DNA of 49,607 nt, from positions 1 to 49,607 of the forward strand of contig CAYJWN010000004.1 of NCBI GenBank assembly GCA_964373835.1, given 5' to 3'. Under the pieces are notes generated by a model that was not told the DNA's origin, made no database searches, and worked only from the letters and a program-made list of their open reading frames with translations. Positions 27,671 through 36,512 of this stretch are shown piece by piece. Made by a program: the position numbers and the translations under genes. Every line of letters starts with the position of its first letter. Positions within the stretch are counted from its first letter, which is position 1. The DNA comes from an uncultured Planctomycetales bacterium (GTDB taxonomy: Bacteria; Omnitrophota; Gorgyraeia; Aquiviventales; Aquiviventaceae).

Positions 27671-28540
27671 GTGATTGTCCTCGAAGTTGTTTTCCTCGCC
27701 GTTTTTTGGGCGTGGGTGTTTTCCGCTGTCCTGTTTCTGCGCAATACCGTCCTGCCGCGTCTTGCGATGACGCGCACGCCCGAACTGTTCAGCCTCCCGG
27801 CACACACGGTCCATTTCGTGGCGACCGATGGCATGCCGCTGGAAGGCTGGACCATCGCCGCTGATCCGTCCAGGCCATGGATTATCATGTGCCACGGATT
27901 GGGGTCCAACCGCTCCGACCTCCTGGACATCGCCGCCGGCCTTCATCGAGCCCGGTTCAACCTGTTCCTGTTTGACTTCCGGGGCCATGGAGGAAGCCAG
28001 GGCCGGGCCACGTCGTTCGGATGGCAGGAGCAGCGGGATCTGGAGGGCGCCTTGGCGTTTCTCGGCGAGCAGCCGGAGGTGGCCGCGCGACCGTACGGGA
28101 TATACGGTATTTCGATGGGAGGCTCCGTCGCCCTCATGGTTGCCGCCCGGGACGAGCGGCTGGGGGCCATTGCCGCGGACAGCCCCTATACCAATCTGGA
28201 AGAGTCGATTGGCCACCACCTGGCGTTGCTGTACCCGGCGGTGCCACGGATTCCGTTTCTTGGGTTCATCCTGTGGACGTACCGCCTGCGATTTGGCGTG
28301 TGGCCCGGCAGTCTTTCGCCAGAGCGCTGCGCCGCCGAGCTGAGCTCCCGGCCGCTCCTCTTGATTCATGGGGCTGCAGATCCCCGCATGCCGCTTGAGG
28401 GCGCCAAAAGGGTCTTTGACCGTGCGTCACAACCGAAAGAGCTCATGGTGGTGTCTGGGGCCGGCCACTTGGAGAGTTTTGGCTTGGATCCGGATACCTA
28501 TGTGAAGCGTCTTGTGCAGTTTTTTGAGGGCGGTCTTTGA
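27671..28540 (+). CDS. Membrane-anchored alpha/beta hydrolase
   Basis: N-terminal TM, HG, DFRGHGGS, GISMG nucleophile, HG..D, GAGH. Confidence 0.9.
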   Translation: MIVLEVVFLAVFWAWVFSAVLFLRNTVLPRLAMTRTPELFSLPAHTVHFVATDGMPLEGWTIAADPSRPWIIMCHGLGSNRSDLLDIAAGLHRARFNLFLFDFRGHGGSQGRATSFGWQEQRDLEGALAFLGEQPEVAARPYGIYGISMGGSVALMVAARDERLGAIAADSPYTNLEESIGHHLALLYPAVPRIPFLGFILWTYRLRFGVWPGSLSPERCAAELSSRPLLLIHGAADPRMPLEGAKRVFDRASQPKELMVVSGAGHLESFGLDPDTYVKRLVQFFEGGL

Positions 28541-28583
28541 GGTTGGTTGGTAAGATGTGTGGTGGGAGAAGGTGTCTTCTATT

Positions 28584-28611
28584 ATTTAACAGAATATATC
28601 TTATAAGACAT
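28584..28611 (-). other. dif: dif-like XerC/XerD chromosome dimer resolution site
   Basis: Minus strand ATGTCTTATAA-GATATA-TTCTGTTAAAT (11-6-11). Right arm is 10/11 identical to the E. coli XerD arm TTATGTTAAAT. Sits in an AT-rich gap where gene orientation converges. Confidence 0.82.
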
Positions 28612-29463
28612 TTATCTATCCTTGAATCCAGTCGAAGCGGCAGCGATAGAAGATTCGTCAAGCACGACGCTCATGGCTCCCCACGGCGTCGTGGCTTTGA
28701 CAAGCAGCGGCAAGCGATGGGCATCGGCGGTGAGATAGGCCCAGAGGCGCCCCCGCCTCACGAGGATCCCCTTGAAGGACGCCTTGGGTTCGACCACCAC
28801 GCAGGCAAACGTCCCCCGTTTCAGCAGCTCGAGCATGAAGAGCTGTTGGACGAGAATTGCGGTCTGGTAGATCTTTTCATCGGTGTAGAGATTAACGGTC
28901 AACGTTTCATTGGGCTGAATCGGCTGGGCGCGGAACCAGTAGAGGGCGCTGATCAAGTCCTGGAACTCGCTCGGAAGCGGGATCTCCTTCACGGACTGGT
29001 TCAGCAAGGAACGGTAGGTGGCCGTTGAACTGGCGTGATTGAACGTGACCACTTCATCGGCCCGGTAATGCCCTTCCCGTTGGTGTTTCTCAAACCGAAG
29101 CGGTGTGAGTGTCTCGACATCGAGGTAGGACTCGATCACGTCGTGGATCGGATAGAGCTTGGAAAGGATCTCGTTCGTGTGGCCTTGCGCTTCGATGTGG
29201 TAGGCGCGGCGTCCCTCGTACTCGACGATTCCTTTCACTTCGATCCACCCATGCCCAACCGGAATGCCGAACCACCGGCCGTGAAAGCTCAAGCGCTCGC
29301 CCACCACGGGCTGGGCATGCGGCGGCGCAATGTTGATATCCTGGGCGGAGCGCTCCGCGCTCTCATCACCTACGGCAAGCTGGGCGGGGACGACGAGGAG
29401 GGTTAGGAACCAGATGCCCGCGGCATTATTCCCACGCGTAATCGGGCAACTCCATCTGTTCAT
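28612..29463 (-). CDS. DUF3108-like exported protein
   Basis: GERLSF..RWFGIPVG, LYPIHD..ES, HQREGHY, QDLISALYWFR, WAYLTAD..RLP; start uncertain. Confidence 0.75.
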   Translation of the reverse strand: MNRWSCPITRGNNAAGIWFLTLLVVPAQLAVGDESAERSAQDINIAPPHAQPVVGERLSFHGRWFGIPVGHGWIEVKGIVEYEGRRAYHIEAQGHTNEILSKLYPIHDVIESYLDVETLTPLRFEKHQREGHYRADEVVTFNHASSTATYRSLLNQSVKEIPLPSEFQDLISALYWFRAQPIQPNETLTVNLYTDEKIYQTAILVQQLFMLELLKRGTFACVVVEPKASFKGILVRRGRLWAYLTADAHRLPLLVKATTPWGAMSVVLDESSIAAASTGFKDR

Positions 29464-29512
29464 AGGGTGAGGCGAATGTCTCAGCGAGCCAGGCGAATCG
29501 TCGTGTTGTCAT
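29426..29512 (-). CDS. Candidate 28-aa small ORF / leader peptide
   Basis: Strong SD AAGGAGGAGG before ATG; MTTRRFAWLAETFASPYEQMELPDYAWE; overlaps the DUF3108 start out of frame. Confidence 0.4.
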   Translation of the reverse strand: MTTRRFAWLAETFASPYEQMELPDYAWE

Positions 29513-29533
29513 GCCCTCCTCCTTGGGAGTATA

Positions 29534-29624
29534 CTAGTGCCTCGACTATTTTGACTTGATCGATTGGTCCGCTCGGCACTAGTGCTGAGCCCGATTCGTC
29601 AAATCAATCTGGTCGAAGCACTAG
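29534..29624. repeat. Two inverted CTAG-bounded ~46-49 bp units
   Basis: CTAGTGCCTCGAC...GCTCGGCACTAG and CTAGTGCTGAGC...GTCGAAGCACTAG share a central CTAG; unit 2 is a degenerate reverse complement of unit 1. Confidence 0.65.
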
Positions 29625-29655
29625 GTACTAACAACACGAAAGGAGTCAGCGGCGC

Positions 29656-29937
29656 ATGCCTCTCAGTTCACGTGATCGGCGGTTTCTTCACACGATTGAA
29701 CGCGTGAAGGTGCTGCTGTTGCTGCTGGCGGTGAGCGTCTTTCTCTATCTCCTGCTCATTCCCTCGGAAGAAATCCAGATGGCAACCTCGATCCTTGGGA
29801 TGGCGCTCTGCGGCGTCTTCTGGCTGACCCAGCGCCTGCTCACCTTCATCACGCAGCTCGATCACGAGCTGACCCGCGTGGTGAACGTGCTGCGCCGAAC
29901 CGTGCCGGCCGATCAGCAACAAGAGCTGCTCAGGTAA
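29656..29937 (+). CDS. Small two-TM hypothetical protein
   Basis: AAAGGAG SD; two hydrophobic segments and an amphipathic C-terminal helix. Confidence 0.75.
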   Translation: MPLSSRDRRFLHTIERVKVLLLLLAVSVFLYLLLIPSEEIQMATSILGMALCGVFWLTQRLLTFITQLDHELTRVVNVLRRTVPADQQQELLR

Positions 29938-29945
29938 CAGGCGGC

Positions 29946-30323
29946 CTATTCGTCGTTCTCGGCCCAATTGCCGTTCTTCCAGACAAATTCCGGTTTCACG
30001 ATCGGCCTGAACCCCGCCGGGATCGGCGCGTAGAAGGTGGCGATTTCATAGACCCCAGTCACGCCGCGCGCAATCGTGTGCCACGCGCCCTGCACCAGCC
30101 CCACGGTCAGTTGCGCGAACACCCCATCCTCGCGGCCCACCAGGGTCGGCGTCCGAATCAATTCCAGGGGACACGTCGCCACGTTCGCAATGCCCCGGCC
30201 GAGCTTTCTGAGCGACCCATCCATGTAGGAGCCGGAGGATTGCTCGGCCCACACTGGCGAGGCCAGCCCGACCACCAGACCCGCCGCAACGATCAGCTCG
30301 TTCCATCCCTTACGTCTTCCCAT
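29946..30323 (-). CDS. Exosortase-system-associated protein (TIGR04073-like)
   Basis: Signal peptide, then KLGRGIANVATCPLEL...G..QG......R...GVYEIATF..P......P.F.W. Confidence 0.8.
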   Translation of the reverse strand: MGRRKGWNELIVAAGLVVGLASPVWAEQSSGSYMDGSLRKLGRGIANVATCPLELIRTPTLVGREDGVFAQLTVGLVQGAWHTIARGVTGVYEIATFYAPIPAGFRPIVKPEFVWKNGNWAENDE

Positions 30324-31107
30324 GCTGCGCACCCCCTCGCTGTGACCACCGCGTCCACCACCAGACGATCCCTCCGATGCCAAGCAGGGCTATCCAGCCC
30401 GCCAATCCATTCACAAGCCGGCTCGTTCCTGCAAGCCACGAGGCCGGGTCCGGAAATGCGAGCAACAGCTTGTTGATCCGCGCCCCGTAGGCCAGCGCCG
30501 CGTGCAGCCCAATCGCCAGCCAGAGGTTCCGTGTTGACAAGTACGTATACGCCAGCAGGATGCCAAACAGGAACAGTCCCCCCAGCTCAAGCCACAGCGC
30601 CGGAGTCACGGACAGGCTTTTCAGGTGGATGGCGGCGTAGAGGCTGCTGCTCCCGATGAGGCCCAGGCTTTTCGAATGGGTCAGCAGTTGCTGGAGGATG
30701 AAGCCGCGGAAGACCAGCTCCTCCAGGAGACCGACCAGAAAGGCGGCGGGAATGAACGTCACCGCTGTGCGCCAGAGCCTGACGGAATCGGGGATGACGT
30801 CAAACCAGCAGGCGCCGCTCACAAGCCCGATGATGAGCATCACGCCCAAGGTGCCGATACCCAGCACTATCCCAAAGACGAGGTCGCGCTTCCCTTCCCT
30901 CGGAGACGTCAGGCCATACGAGCTGAGCGAGCGACGCTGCACTTTTCGAATGAACAGCCAGAGACTCAGGACGGCGGCAATGGAGACGCACCGTCGGAAG
31001 ATCTTCCACCAGGACAAGTCAATGAGTTCCTTCCACGGAAACACCATGAGGCTCAGCAACAGACTCAGGAGGACGACGCTCAGTCCGAAGCCGAGGACGG
31101 ATTTCAA
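30310..31107 (-). CDS. CPBP (CAAX/Abi) intramembrane metalloprotease
   Basis: EELVFRG, YAAIH, LWLAIGLH motifs; multi-TM. Confidence 0.88.
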   Translation of the reverse strand: MKSVLGFGLSVVLLSLLLSLMVFPWKELIDLSWWKIFRRCVSIAAVLSLWLFIRKVQRRSLSSYGLTSPREGKRDLVFGIVLGIGTLGVMLIIGLVSGACWFDVIPDSVRLWRTAVTFIPAAFLVGLLEELVFRGFILQQLLTHSKSLGLIGSSSLYAAIHLKSLSVTPALWLELGGLFLFGILLAYTYLSTRNLWLAIGLHAALAYGARINKLLLAFPDPASWLAGTSRLVNGLAGWIALLGIGGIVWWWTRWSQRGGAQHGKT

Positions 31108-31132
31108 GGCCGTGGAGGTGTCCGTGCGGAGG

Positions 31133-32236
31133 TTAGCGATCGCTGGATCCGTTGATAAAGGCTTCGATGAGCTGGCGAGCGTGCTCGTCCGTCATGGGTT
31201 TCGGCGGATGCTTCATCGTCCAGGCCGAGACAGAATGGATCGGTCCGCTGAGGCGGCGGTCGCGCGCCAGGCGCAGGCACCGAATGGCGTCGATCGTCAC
31301 GCCGGCGCTGTTCGGCGAGTCTTCCACCGAGAGCCGCGCTTCGATTTCGATCGGGCAATCGCCGAATCCCCTCCCCTCAATCCGCAGGAAGCACACCTTT
31401 CGGTCATGCTGCCAAGGGATGTAGTCGCTCGGGCCGATGTGAATCTCCGTGTTGTCCAGGCGCTTGTTCAGGACGGTTTGCACCGCCTCCGTCTTTGAAA
31501 TCTTTTTCATTTTCAAGCGGCGCTGGTTCAGCATGTTCAGAAAATCGGTATTCCCGCCCACATTGAGCTGGTAGGTCCGGTCGATGACGGCGCCCCGTTC
31601 TATGAAGAGGCGCGCCAGCGTCCGGTGGAGGATGGTGGCTCCCACCTGCCCCTTCACGTCGTCGCCCACCACGGGGATGCGGCGCTTCGTAAACCGCGCG
31701 GCCCAGGTCGGGTTTGAGACGATAAAGACGGGAATGCAGTTGATCAGGCTCACCCCCGCCTCGAGACAGGCCTGGACGTAGGCTTCCGTGGCCCGCTGGG
31801 AGCCGACCGGCAGATAGTTGAGCAGGATCTCTGCCCCGCTTTGTTTCAAGACGTTGACGACATTGACGGGACGCGCCTTGGCCGGCACGAAGGTTTGCGC
31901 GGTCGGGTAGCGGCTCATGTGGGGGGCCACGCCGTCAAGCACCGGCCCCATCTGGACGCGCACGCCATACCGCGGAAACCGCTTCAAGAATTGCGTGGTG
32001 CAGTTGGGATCGGCCCCGCAGGCTGCTTCAAGCGGCTTTTCCACTTTTCGGGTGTCGATGTCAAATGCCGCCACAACCTTGATGTCAGAGGGCGCATAGC
32101 CGCCGATGCGGGGGTGCAGGAGACCGGCCGCCTCCCGCCCGTTGTTGAGGTGGGGGTTGGTGTAATACTTGAGCCCCTGCAGCAGGGCGCTGGCACAGTT
32201 GCCGACGCCGGCAATGGCAATCCGTATCGGTGTCAT
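31133..32236 (-). CDS. ino1: myo-inositol-1-phosphate synthase
   Basis: GVGNCAS, NYLPVGS, GDDVKGQVGAT, YQLNVGGNTDFLNM, KKISKT, EDSPNSAG. Confidence 0.96.
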   Translation of the reverse strand: MTPIRIAIAGVGNCASALLQGLKYYTNPHLNNGREAAGLLHPRIGGYAPSDIKVVAAFDIDTRKVEKPLEAACGADPNCTTQFLKRFPRYGVRVQMGPVLDGVAPHMSRYPTAQTFVPAKARPVNVVNVLKQSGAEILLNYLPVGSQRATEAYVQACLEAGVSLINCIPVFIVSNPTWAARFTKRRIPVVGDDVKGQVGATILHRTLARLFIERGAVIDRTYQLNVGGNTDFLNMLNQRRLKMKKISKTEAVQTVLNKRLDNTEIHIGPSDYIPWQHDRKVCFLRIEGRGFGDCPIEIEARLSVEDSPNSAGVTIDAIRCLRLARDRRLSGPIHSVSAWTMKHPPKPMTDEHARQLIEAFINGSSDR

Positions 32237-32250
32237 CGTGTTAAACACTC

Positions 32251-32279
32251 ATTATAGGGGAGCGCCGTCGGTAAATCAA
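32251..32279 (-). promoter_or_regulatory. Sigma70-type promoter of ino1
   Basis: Minus strand TTGATT, 17 bp, TATAAT; very short leader. Confidence 0.75.
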
Positions 32280-32296
32280 CCTCAAGAGGGGTCGCG

Positions 32297-32564
32297 CGTT
32301 GACTCACATTAAATGTTACCGAAGGATAGCTGAAAACGATTCGTTGACTCACAATCCCTGTTACCCGGCAAGCGGGTATGTCTGGCTTCGCGGGTGACAC
32401 GGAGCCAGGGCTCCCACACGCCCGCAGCCGACGACGCCGATAGTGCGGCGCGGCGAGGACGTGTGGGATGGCGCAGTGGCAGGCCCCGCGAAGCCCTCAT
32501 CCTCGACGGCGTTACTCAAAGCCAACAGGTTCTCCGTTCGGTAACACTTTATTCTGAGTCAACG
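32297..32564. repeat. Long imperfect inverted-repeat element / candidate structured RNA
   Basis: ~30-bp terminal IRs CGTTGACTCA..TAAA.TGTTACCGAA.GGA, a third internal copy, and nested stems GGCTTCGCGGG/CCCGCGAAGCC and TCCCACACG/CGTGTGGGA. Confidence 0.55.
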
Positions 32565-32576
32565 GGGTCGGGGACG

Positions 32577-34739
32577 CTAGATGGGCCACGCATGGCTGGC
32601 CAACTCCTCGACGGAGGCGAGGAGGCTGAAGGAGCCCTGTGTTGGATAGCGTTCCACCAGCTTGCCGCCGTCCTTCAGCGCAACCGCCAACGGGAGCGGT
32701 TCGCCGGCCGGCAACCCCAGGAAGTGGAGGGGAATGGCCAGCTCCAAAATGTGGTGAAACGCGCAGGGTAAGACGGCAGGCGCGGGCGTTGTGGACCCCC
32801 GCTTGGGACTTCGCACTTCCGCACGAATGCTCTCAGCATCAGGCTTCACGTGAATCTCGATCTCGCCTGAGACCTCCAGGTGAATGGACCAGGCGGAACG
32901 CTGCGCGCGCAGATGTGGGTCAACATCGAGGCGGACATAGAGCGCTTCCTGATCCACCCCGTAGAACAGGCGCCGCAGACACTGCCCGCTTCGTTGGATC
33001 GCGGCGTACTGCTGCGTCAAGTCGATGCGACCGGCATACAGCCACTCATAGTAGGAGGTTTCCCGTCCATCAATCGTGGGGTGGATGAGCCCGGTCGGCT
33101 GGTGGAGCGCTTGGGCCGCCGCCCTGCGCCGGATGGGCGACTGAAGCGCGGCCGGCGGCTCAAGGCCGGCGAGCCGGTAGCTGTTGGACACATGGGCGCG
33201 GAAGAGCCGGTCAAACTCATCCGCTTGGGCGCTGAAATGGGTGGCCCCGAACCACCACAGCCAATCGCTGCCTTCAGCGGCGCCCAGGCTCTTCCACGCC
33301 TTGGCGTGGGCTGGGTCTTCCCTGCCAAGCGGTGCGAGGGCCTCCCGGGCGGCGGCTAACCGGATCCATGCGGCGTTTTTTTCCGGATGCCCGATCCAGG
33401 TGGCGAAGTTGCCGTCAATCCATGAGCCGCTGAAGAGCTCCGGCAACGATTCGGCATGCTCCAGGGGGCACTGCTGAAGAAATTCAGTCACGGTGACGCA
33501 CCGGAACCGGTCATCCTGTTCCAGCGCTTGGTACAGGCCGGTCAAAAAGTCATGCCCGTCATTCGGGTAGAACTCCCAGGCGTTTTCTCCATCCAGAATA
33601 ATACTGACCAGGGCCGGTCGATCGGCCGATCGGAATTGCTGGTGGATGTCGCCTAAGCGACGCAGGAAGTCCTCAACGGCGATCTTCGGGTCCCACTGGC
33701 TGTAGACGAAGCCAATGAGGTCAGACAGCTCCCGGTCACGGAAGACCATGGCGAGTTGCCCTCCCTTGCGCCGGAGCGCGTGCGGCCGGTACAGCACGGA
33801 GGGTGCGCGAGCGATGTTGAGCGTGCGCCACAGGATTTCCTCATCCGTGGCCATCCAGTGAATCTTGGACTCCAGCGCCAGCTTGACGACCTCTTCGCTG
33901 ACGCTGCCCTCTGGAGGCCACAGTCCAAGAGCCGCTCGCCCAAACGCCTGCTGATGGCGCGCCAGGCCCTCCTTGAGCTGCCATCGGGCATCCTCAGGGT
34001 GGCGGAATGGCATCTCAGGCAGCGGCGCATGCGGCAGGCCGGCGAGGGCGGCTTTTGTGTCGCACAACAGCGGCAGGATGGGATGGTAGTACGGCGAGGT
34101 GGTCAGCTCGATCTGGCCGCGGTCGGCGGCCGCCTTGTACGCCGGAATGATCTTGGCCACGTACTGGAGGTGCATGGTCAGGACATAGCCCTTCTCTTCC
34201 TCGGTGAAGTGGCTGCCCTTGGAGACGAGCGTGGCCAGCTGCAGATCCTGAGTGCGCAGCCAGGGGTCGATCCAGGCCAGGTTAAACCAGACCTGCAGGT
34301 CGAGATAGTCCTGCGTCCTGAACCGCTTCTGGATCGTGGGCCACTCGGATTCCTGCACGCGAAGCCCCCGCTTGGCCAAGAGGTCATGGTAGCGCGGGTA
34401 GGGCTTGATCATGCGCTCCGGGTTGGCCATGAAGAACCACTGGAGCACAAACCGCTGCTCCTCTTCGGAGAGCTGCGCGGCCGGCTTTTTCGAGAGATCA
34501 AGGAAGGCATCGCCGCGCTCATGGGGCGGCAGGTATTCCTCCAGCTGGTCCAACAGCGAGGGCACCATGTTGAACGTCTGATGGATGTTAGGAAACGGCT
34601 CAAGGCGGGTGAGCATATCCACGTAATCCTTCGCGGCATGGAGCCGGACCCACGGCATCGTGCACGCGCCCGTCACCATGTCACGGTAGTACGGCTGGTG
34701 CATGTGCCAGATAAACGCGAGGTAGAGTGGATGAGACAT
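32577..34739 (-). CDS. Glycoside hydrolase family 57 (amylopullulanase-like)
   Basis: WHMHQP, PWVRLH, PYYHPILPLL, WPPEGSVS, LDGENAWE, AEGSDWLWW. Confidence 0.95.
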   Translation of the reverse strand: MSHPLYLAFIWHMHQPYYRDMVTGACTMPWVRLHAAKDYVDMLTRLEPFPNIHQTFNMVPSLLDQLEEYLPPHERGDAFLDLSKKPAAQLSEEEQRFVLQWFFMANPERMIKPYPRYHDLLAKRGLRVQESEWPTIQKRFRTQDYLDLQVWFNLAWIDPWLRTQDLQLATLVSKGSHFTEEEKGYVLTMHLQYVAKIIPAYKAAADRGQIELTTSPYYHPILPLLCDTKAALAGLPHAPLPEMPFRHPEDARWQLKEGLARHQQAFGRAALGLWPPEGSVSEEVVKLALESKIHWMATDEEILWRTLNIARAPSVLYRPHALRRKGGQLAMVFRDRELSDLIGFVYSQWDPKIAVEDFLRRLGDIHQQFRSADRPALVSIILDGENAWEFYPNDGHDFLTGLYQALEQDDRFRCVTVTEFLQQCPLEHAESLPELFSGSWIDGNFATWIGHPEKNAAWIRLAAAREALAPLGREDPAHAKAWKSLGAAEGSDWLWWFGATHFSAQADEFDRLFRAHVSNSYRLAGLEPPAALQSPIRRRAAAQALHQPTGLIHPTIDGRETSYYEWLYAGRIDLTQQYAAIQRSGQCLRRLFYGVDQEALYVRLDVDPHLRAQRSAWSIHLEVSGEIEIHVKPDAESIRAEVRSPKRGSTTPAPAVLPCAFHHILELAIPLHFLGLPAGEPLPLAVALKDGGKLVERYPTQGSFSLLASVEELASHAWPI

Positions 34740-34746
34740 TAGTATG

Positions 34747-34773
34747 GATTACACAGATTCGCAGAGAAGGAAC
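34747..34773. repeat. 27-bp repeat GATTACACAGATTCGCAGAGAAGGAAC, copy 1
   Basis: Identical to 37555-37581; immediately upstream of the GH57 start. Confidence 0.85.
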
Positions 34774-34783
34774 ATCATATCCC

Positions 34784-34819
34784 AAAAAAAGGCCCCCTGC
34801 CTCTTGCGAAGCAGGGGGC
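34784..34819 (-). terminator. Rho-independent terminator of the porin gene
   Basis: Minus strand GCCCCCTGC stem / GCAGGGGGC followed by a T7 tract. Confidence 0.88.
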
Positions 34820-34842
34820 GGAACTTCAACCGACGACCGGCC

Positions 34843-36270
34843 TTAGAACTTTACGCTGACCGAGGTGATCAGCTCCTGCGCCGTGTTGTCCGCATTAGTG
34901 GTTCCAGCGCTTGGCGTGCGGAAGACACTGCCAGGGAAGAAGACCCCGTAGATCACCCCGAACTGGACATCATCGGTATAGTTATACGACACAATGGTAT
35001 CCCACTCGGTTCCGAGAAAGCTGTGCCGCGTGGGGCTCCCAGCTGGTGAGGTTGGGTTCAACGCGCCAACCGGCAGGAAGAACCAGGAAAGACGCTGGTC
35101 AACATTGAGGTCCTCTCTCGGCTTGAGACCTCCGATGAGTGCGAGCTGGTGCTGATTCGTTTGGCTTGAAGTCACACCCGTCTGAGAGTTCGGGTAGAAC
35201 CCCGTAATGGTGCTACGAGTCTGAAACTCTCGAAGCGCCGTGGTGAAGTAGCCAGGGGCCAGCGCACGCCAGCCGCTGACCGCTCCATCCACATCCTTCC
35301 CTGAGTAAAATCTCCACTCTGCGCCGACCTTCGGTGACATCGCCACATCGGAGAGCGTATAGTCAGAGCCGAGATTGGCAGCCCACGCTTGCTGAGAGTC
35401 GCCGCTGGGGATGATGCCTTCGAGATCTGTCGCGCGCTTGCCGGATTGATACGCAAGCTCACCCCACACGGAAGAACCTTCCACCGGCCGAGCGCTTCCG
35501 CGAACACCAATAGTGCTCACAGAACCGTTCTTAAAAGTGCTCTTATCACGGTAGTTCAAGTAGTACGTCTCAAGTTCGGAGCTCATCGCATCGAAGCGCG
35601 TGCCCAGGTTGATGCCCTGAAGCGTGACATCATCCGGGTGACCCGTGAGGTTTTCGTCCACCTTGATGTAGACGTAGTCAGCGGTCACAGGGAGGTTGAG
35701 TCCGCCCGCTCCGGAGAGATCAAGTGTCGCACGAAACGCATCAAACGCCGTGAAGTCCGTGAACTCATTGGCCGTAATGGCCTTATTGCGATCCCCTCCC
35801 CCAAGGAGAGTGCCAGGCAGAAGATTGCTGCCGAGGACAAACCCGCGGCCCCAGACGATTGGTTGTTGACCAATGCGGACCGTAAGCGGTGAGTAGAAGA
35901 GCTCCTTCAGCGTCACGTAGGCTTGGCTCAGATCAAAGTCGCCTGTTGCGGTACCATCAACGTTCCAATCGCGCTCGCTCGCCAAGCGAATGAACGCTGA
36001 GACGTTCTCGGTGAGGTCTGCACCCACATTGACTCCGACCGTGCTCATGAGGAAATCATCTTCAGAGTCAAGAGCTTGTGTTCCTTCACCGGCCGTCGCG
36101 ACGTTGGTGCCGTCGTTTAAGTCAAGGTTCTCACGGTGAAAAGTACGGACGGTGAGGTCTCCGCCCACCTTCACGTTCTGCACTTCGGCAAAGCTCGGCA
36201 TGCTGGTGATCAGCATCCCGACGGCGACCAGCCCCAGAAGGACTGCGCTTCTACGCGTAGCCTTCAACAT
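34843..36270 (-). CDS. Outer-membrane beta-barrel (alginate-export/porin-like), probably highly expressed
   Basis: AAGGAGG SD; signal peptide (..SFA-EVQ); QAYVTLKE...TVRIGQQ; amphipathic strands; C-terminal Phe (SVKF); lower GC than flanks; own promoter and terminator. Confidence 0.85.
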   Translation of the reverse strand: MLKATRRSAVLLGLVAVGMLITSMPSFAEVQNVKVGGDLTVRTFHRENLDLNDGTNVATAGEGTQALDSEDDFLMSTVGVNVGADLTENVSAFIRLASERDWNVDGTATGDFDLSQAYVTLKELFYSPLTVRIGQQPIVWGRGFVLGSNLLPGTLLGGGDRNKAITANEFTDFTAFDAFRATLDLSGAGGLNLPVTADYVYIKVDENLTGHPDDVTLQGINLGTRFDAMSSELETYYLNYRDKSTFKNGSVSTIGVRGSARPVEGSSVWGELAYQSGKRATDLEGIIPSGDSQQAWAANLGSDYTLSDVAMSPKVGAEWRFYSGKDVDGAVSGWRALAPGYFTTALREFQTRSTITGFYPNSQTGVTSSQTNQHQLALIGGLKPREDLNVDQRLSWFFLPVGALNPTSPAGSPTRHSFLGTEWDTIVSYNYTDDVQFGVIYGVFFPGSVFRTPSAGTTNADNTAQELITSVSVKF

Positions 36271-36394
36271 CGACTGCCCTCCTTGTTGTGCGTCCCCCCA
36301 TGCCACGTGCACGTACGCGTGCTCAATTCGGTGTCCTCAGACTGCTCAACGATTGGGCTCCGTCTTCCGAGCACACCTCCTTTCGATTTGGCTT

Positions 36395-36423
36395 ACTATA
36401 AGCAGGAGAAGAAGCGTTGTCAA
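36395..36423 (-). promoter_or_regulatory. Near-consensus sigma70 promoter of the porin gene
   Basis: Minus strand TTGACA, 17 bp, TATAGT. Confidence 0.8.
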
Positions 36424-36512
36424 GCACATTTTTGAGCTCTGATGGCATTCTCTATGTGATTTTGAGCCCTTTTAGTGGACTCTTGTGGACTTGGCAGCGG
36501 GCGATGAAGAAA

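Noticed and set aside
32309..32500. 63-aa minus-strand ORF
   Set aside because: No SD or protein-like features; it lies within the palindromic element.
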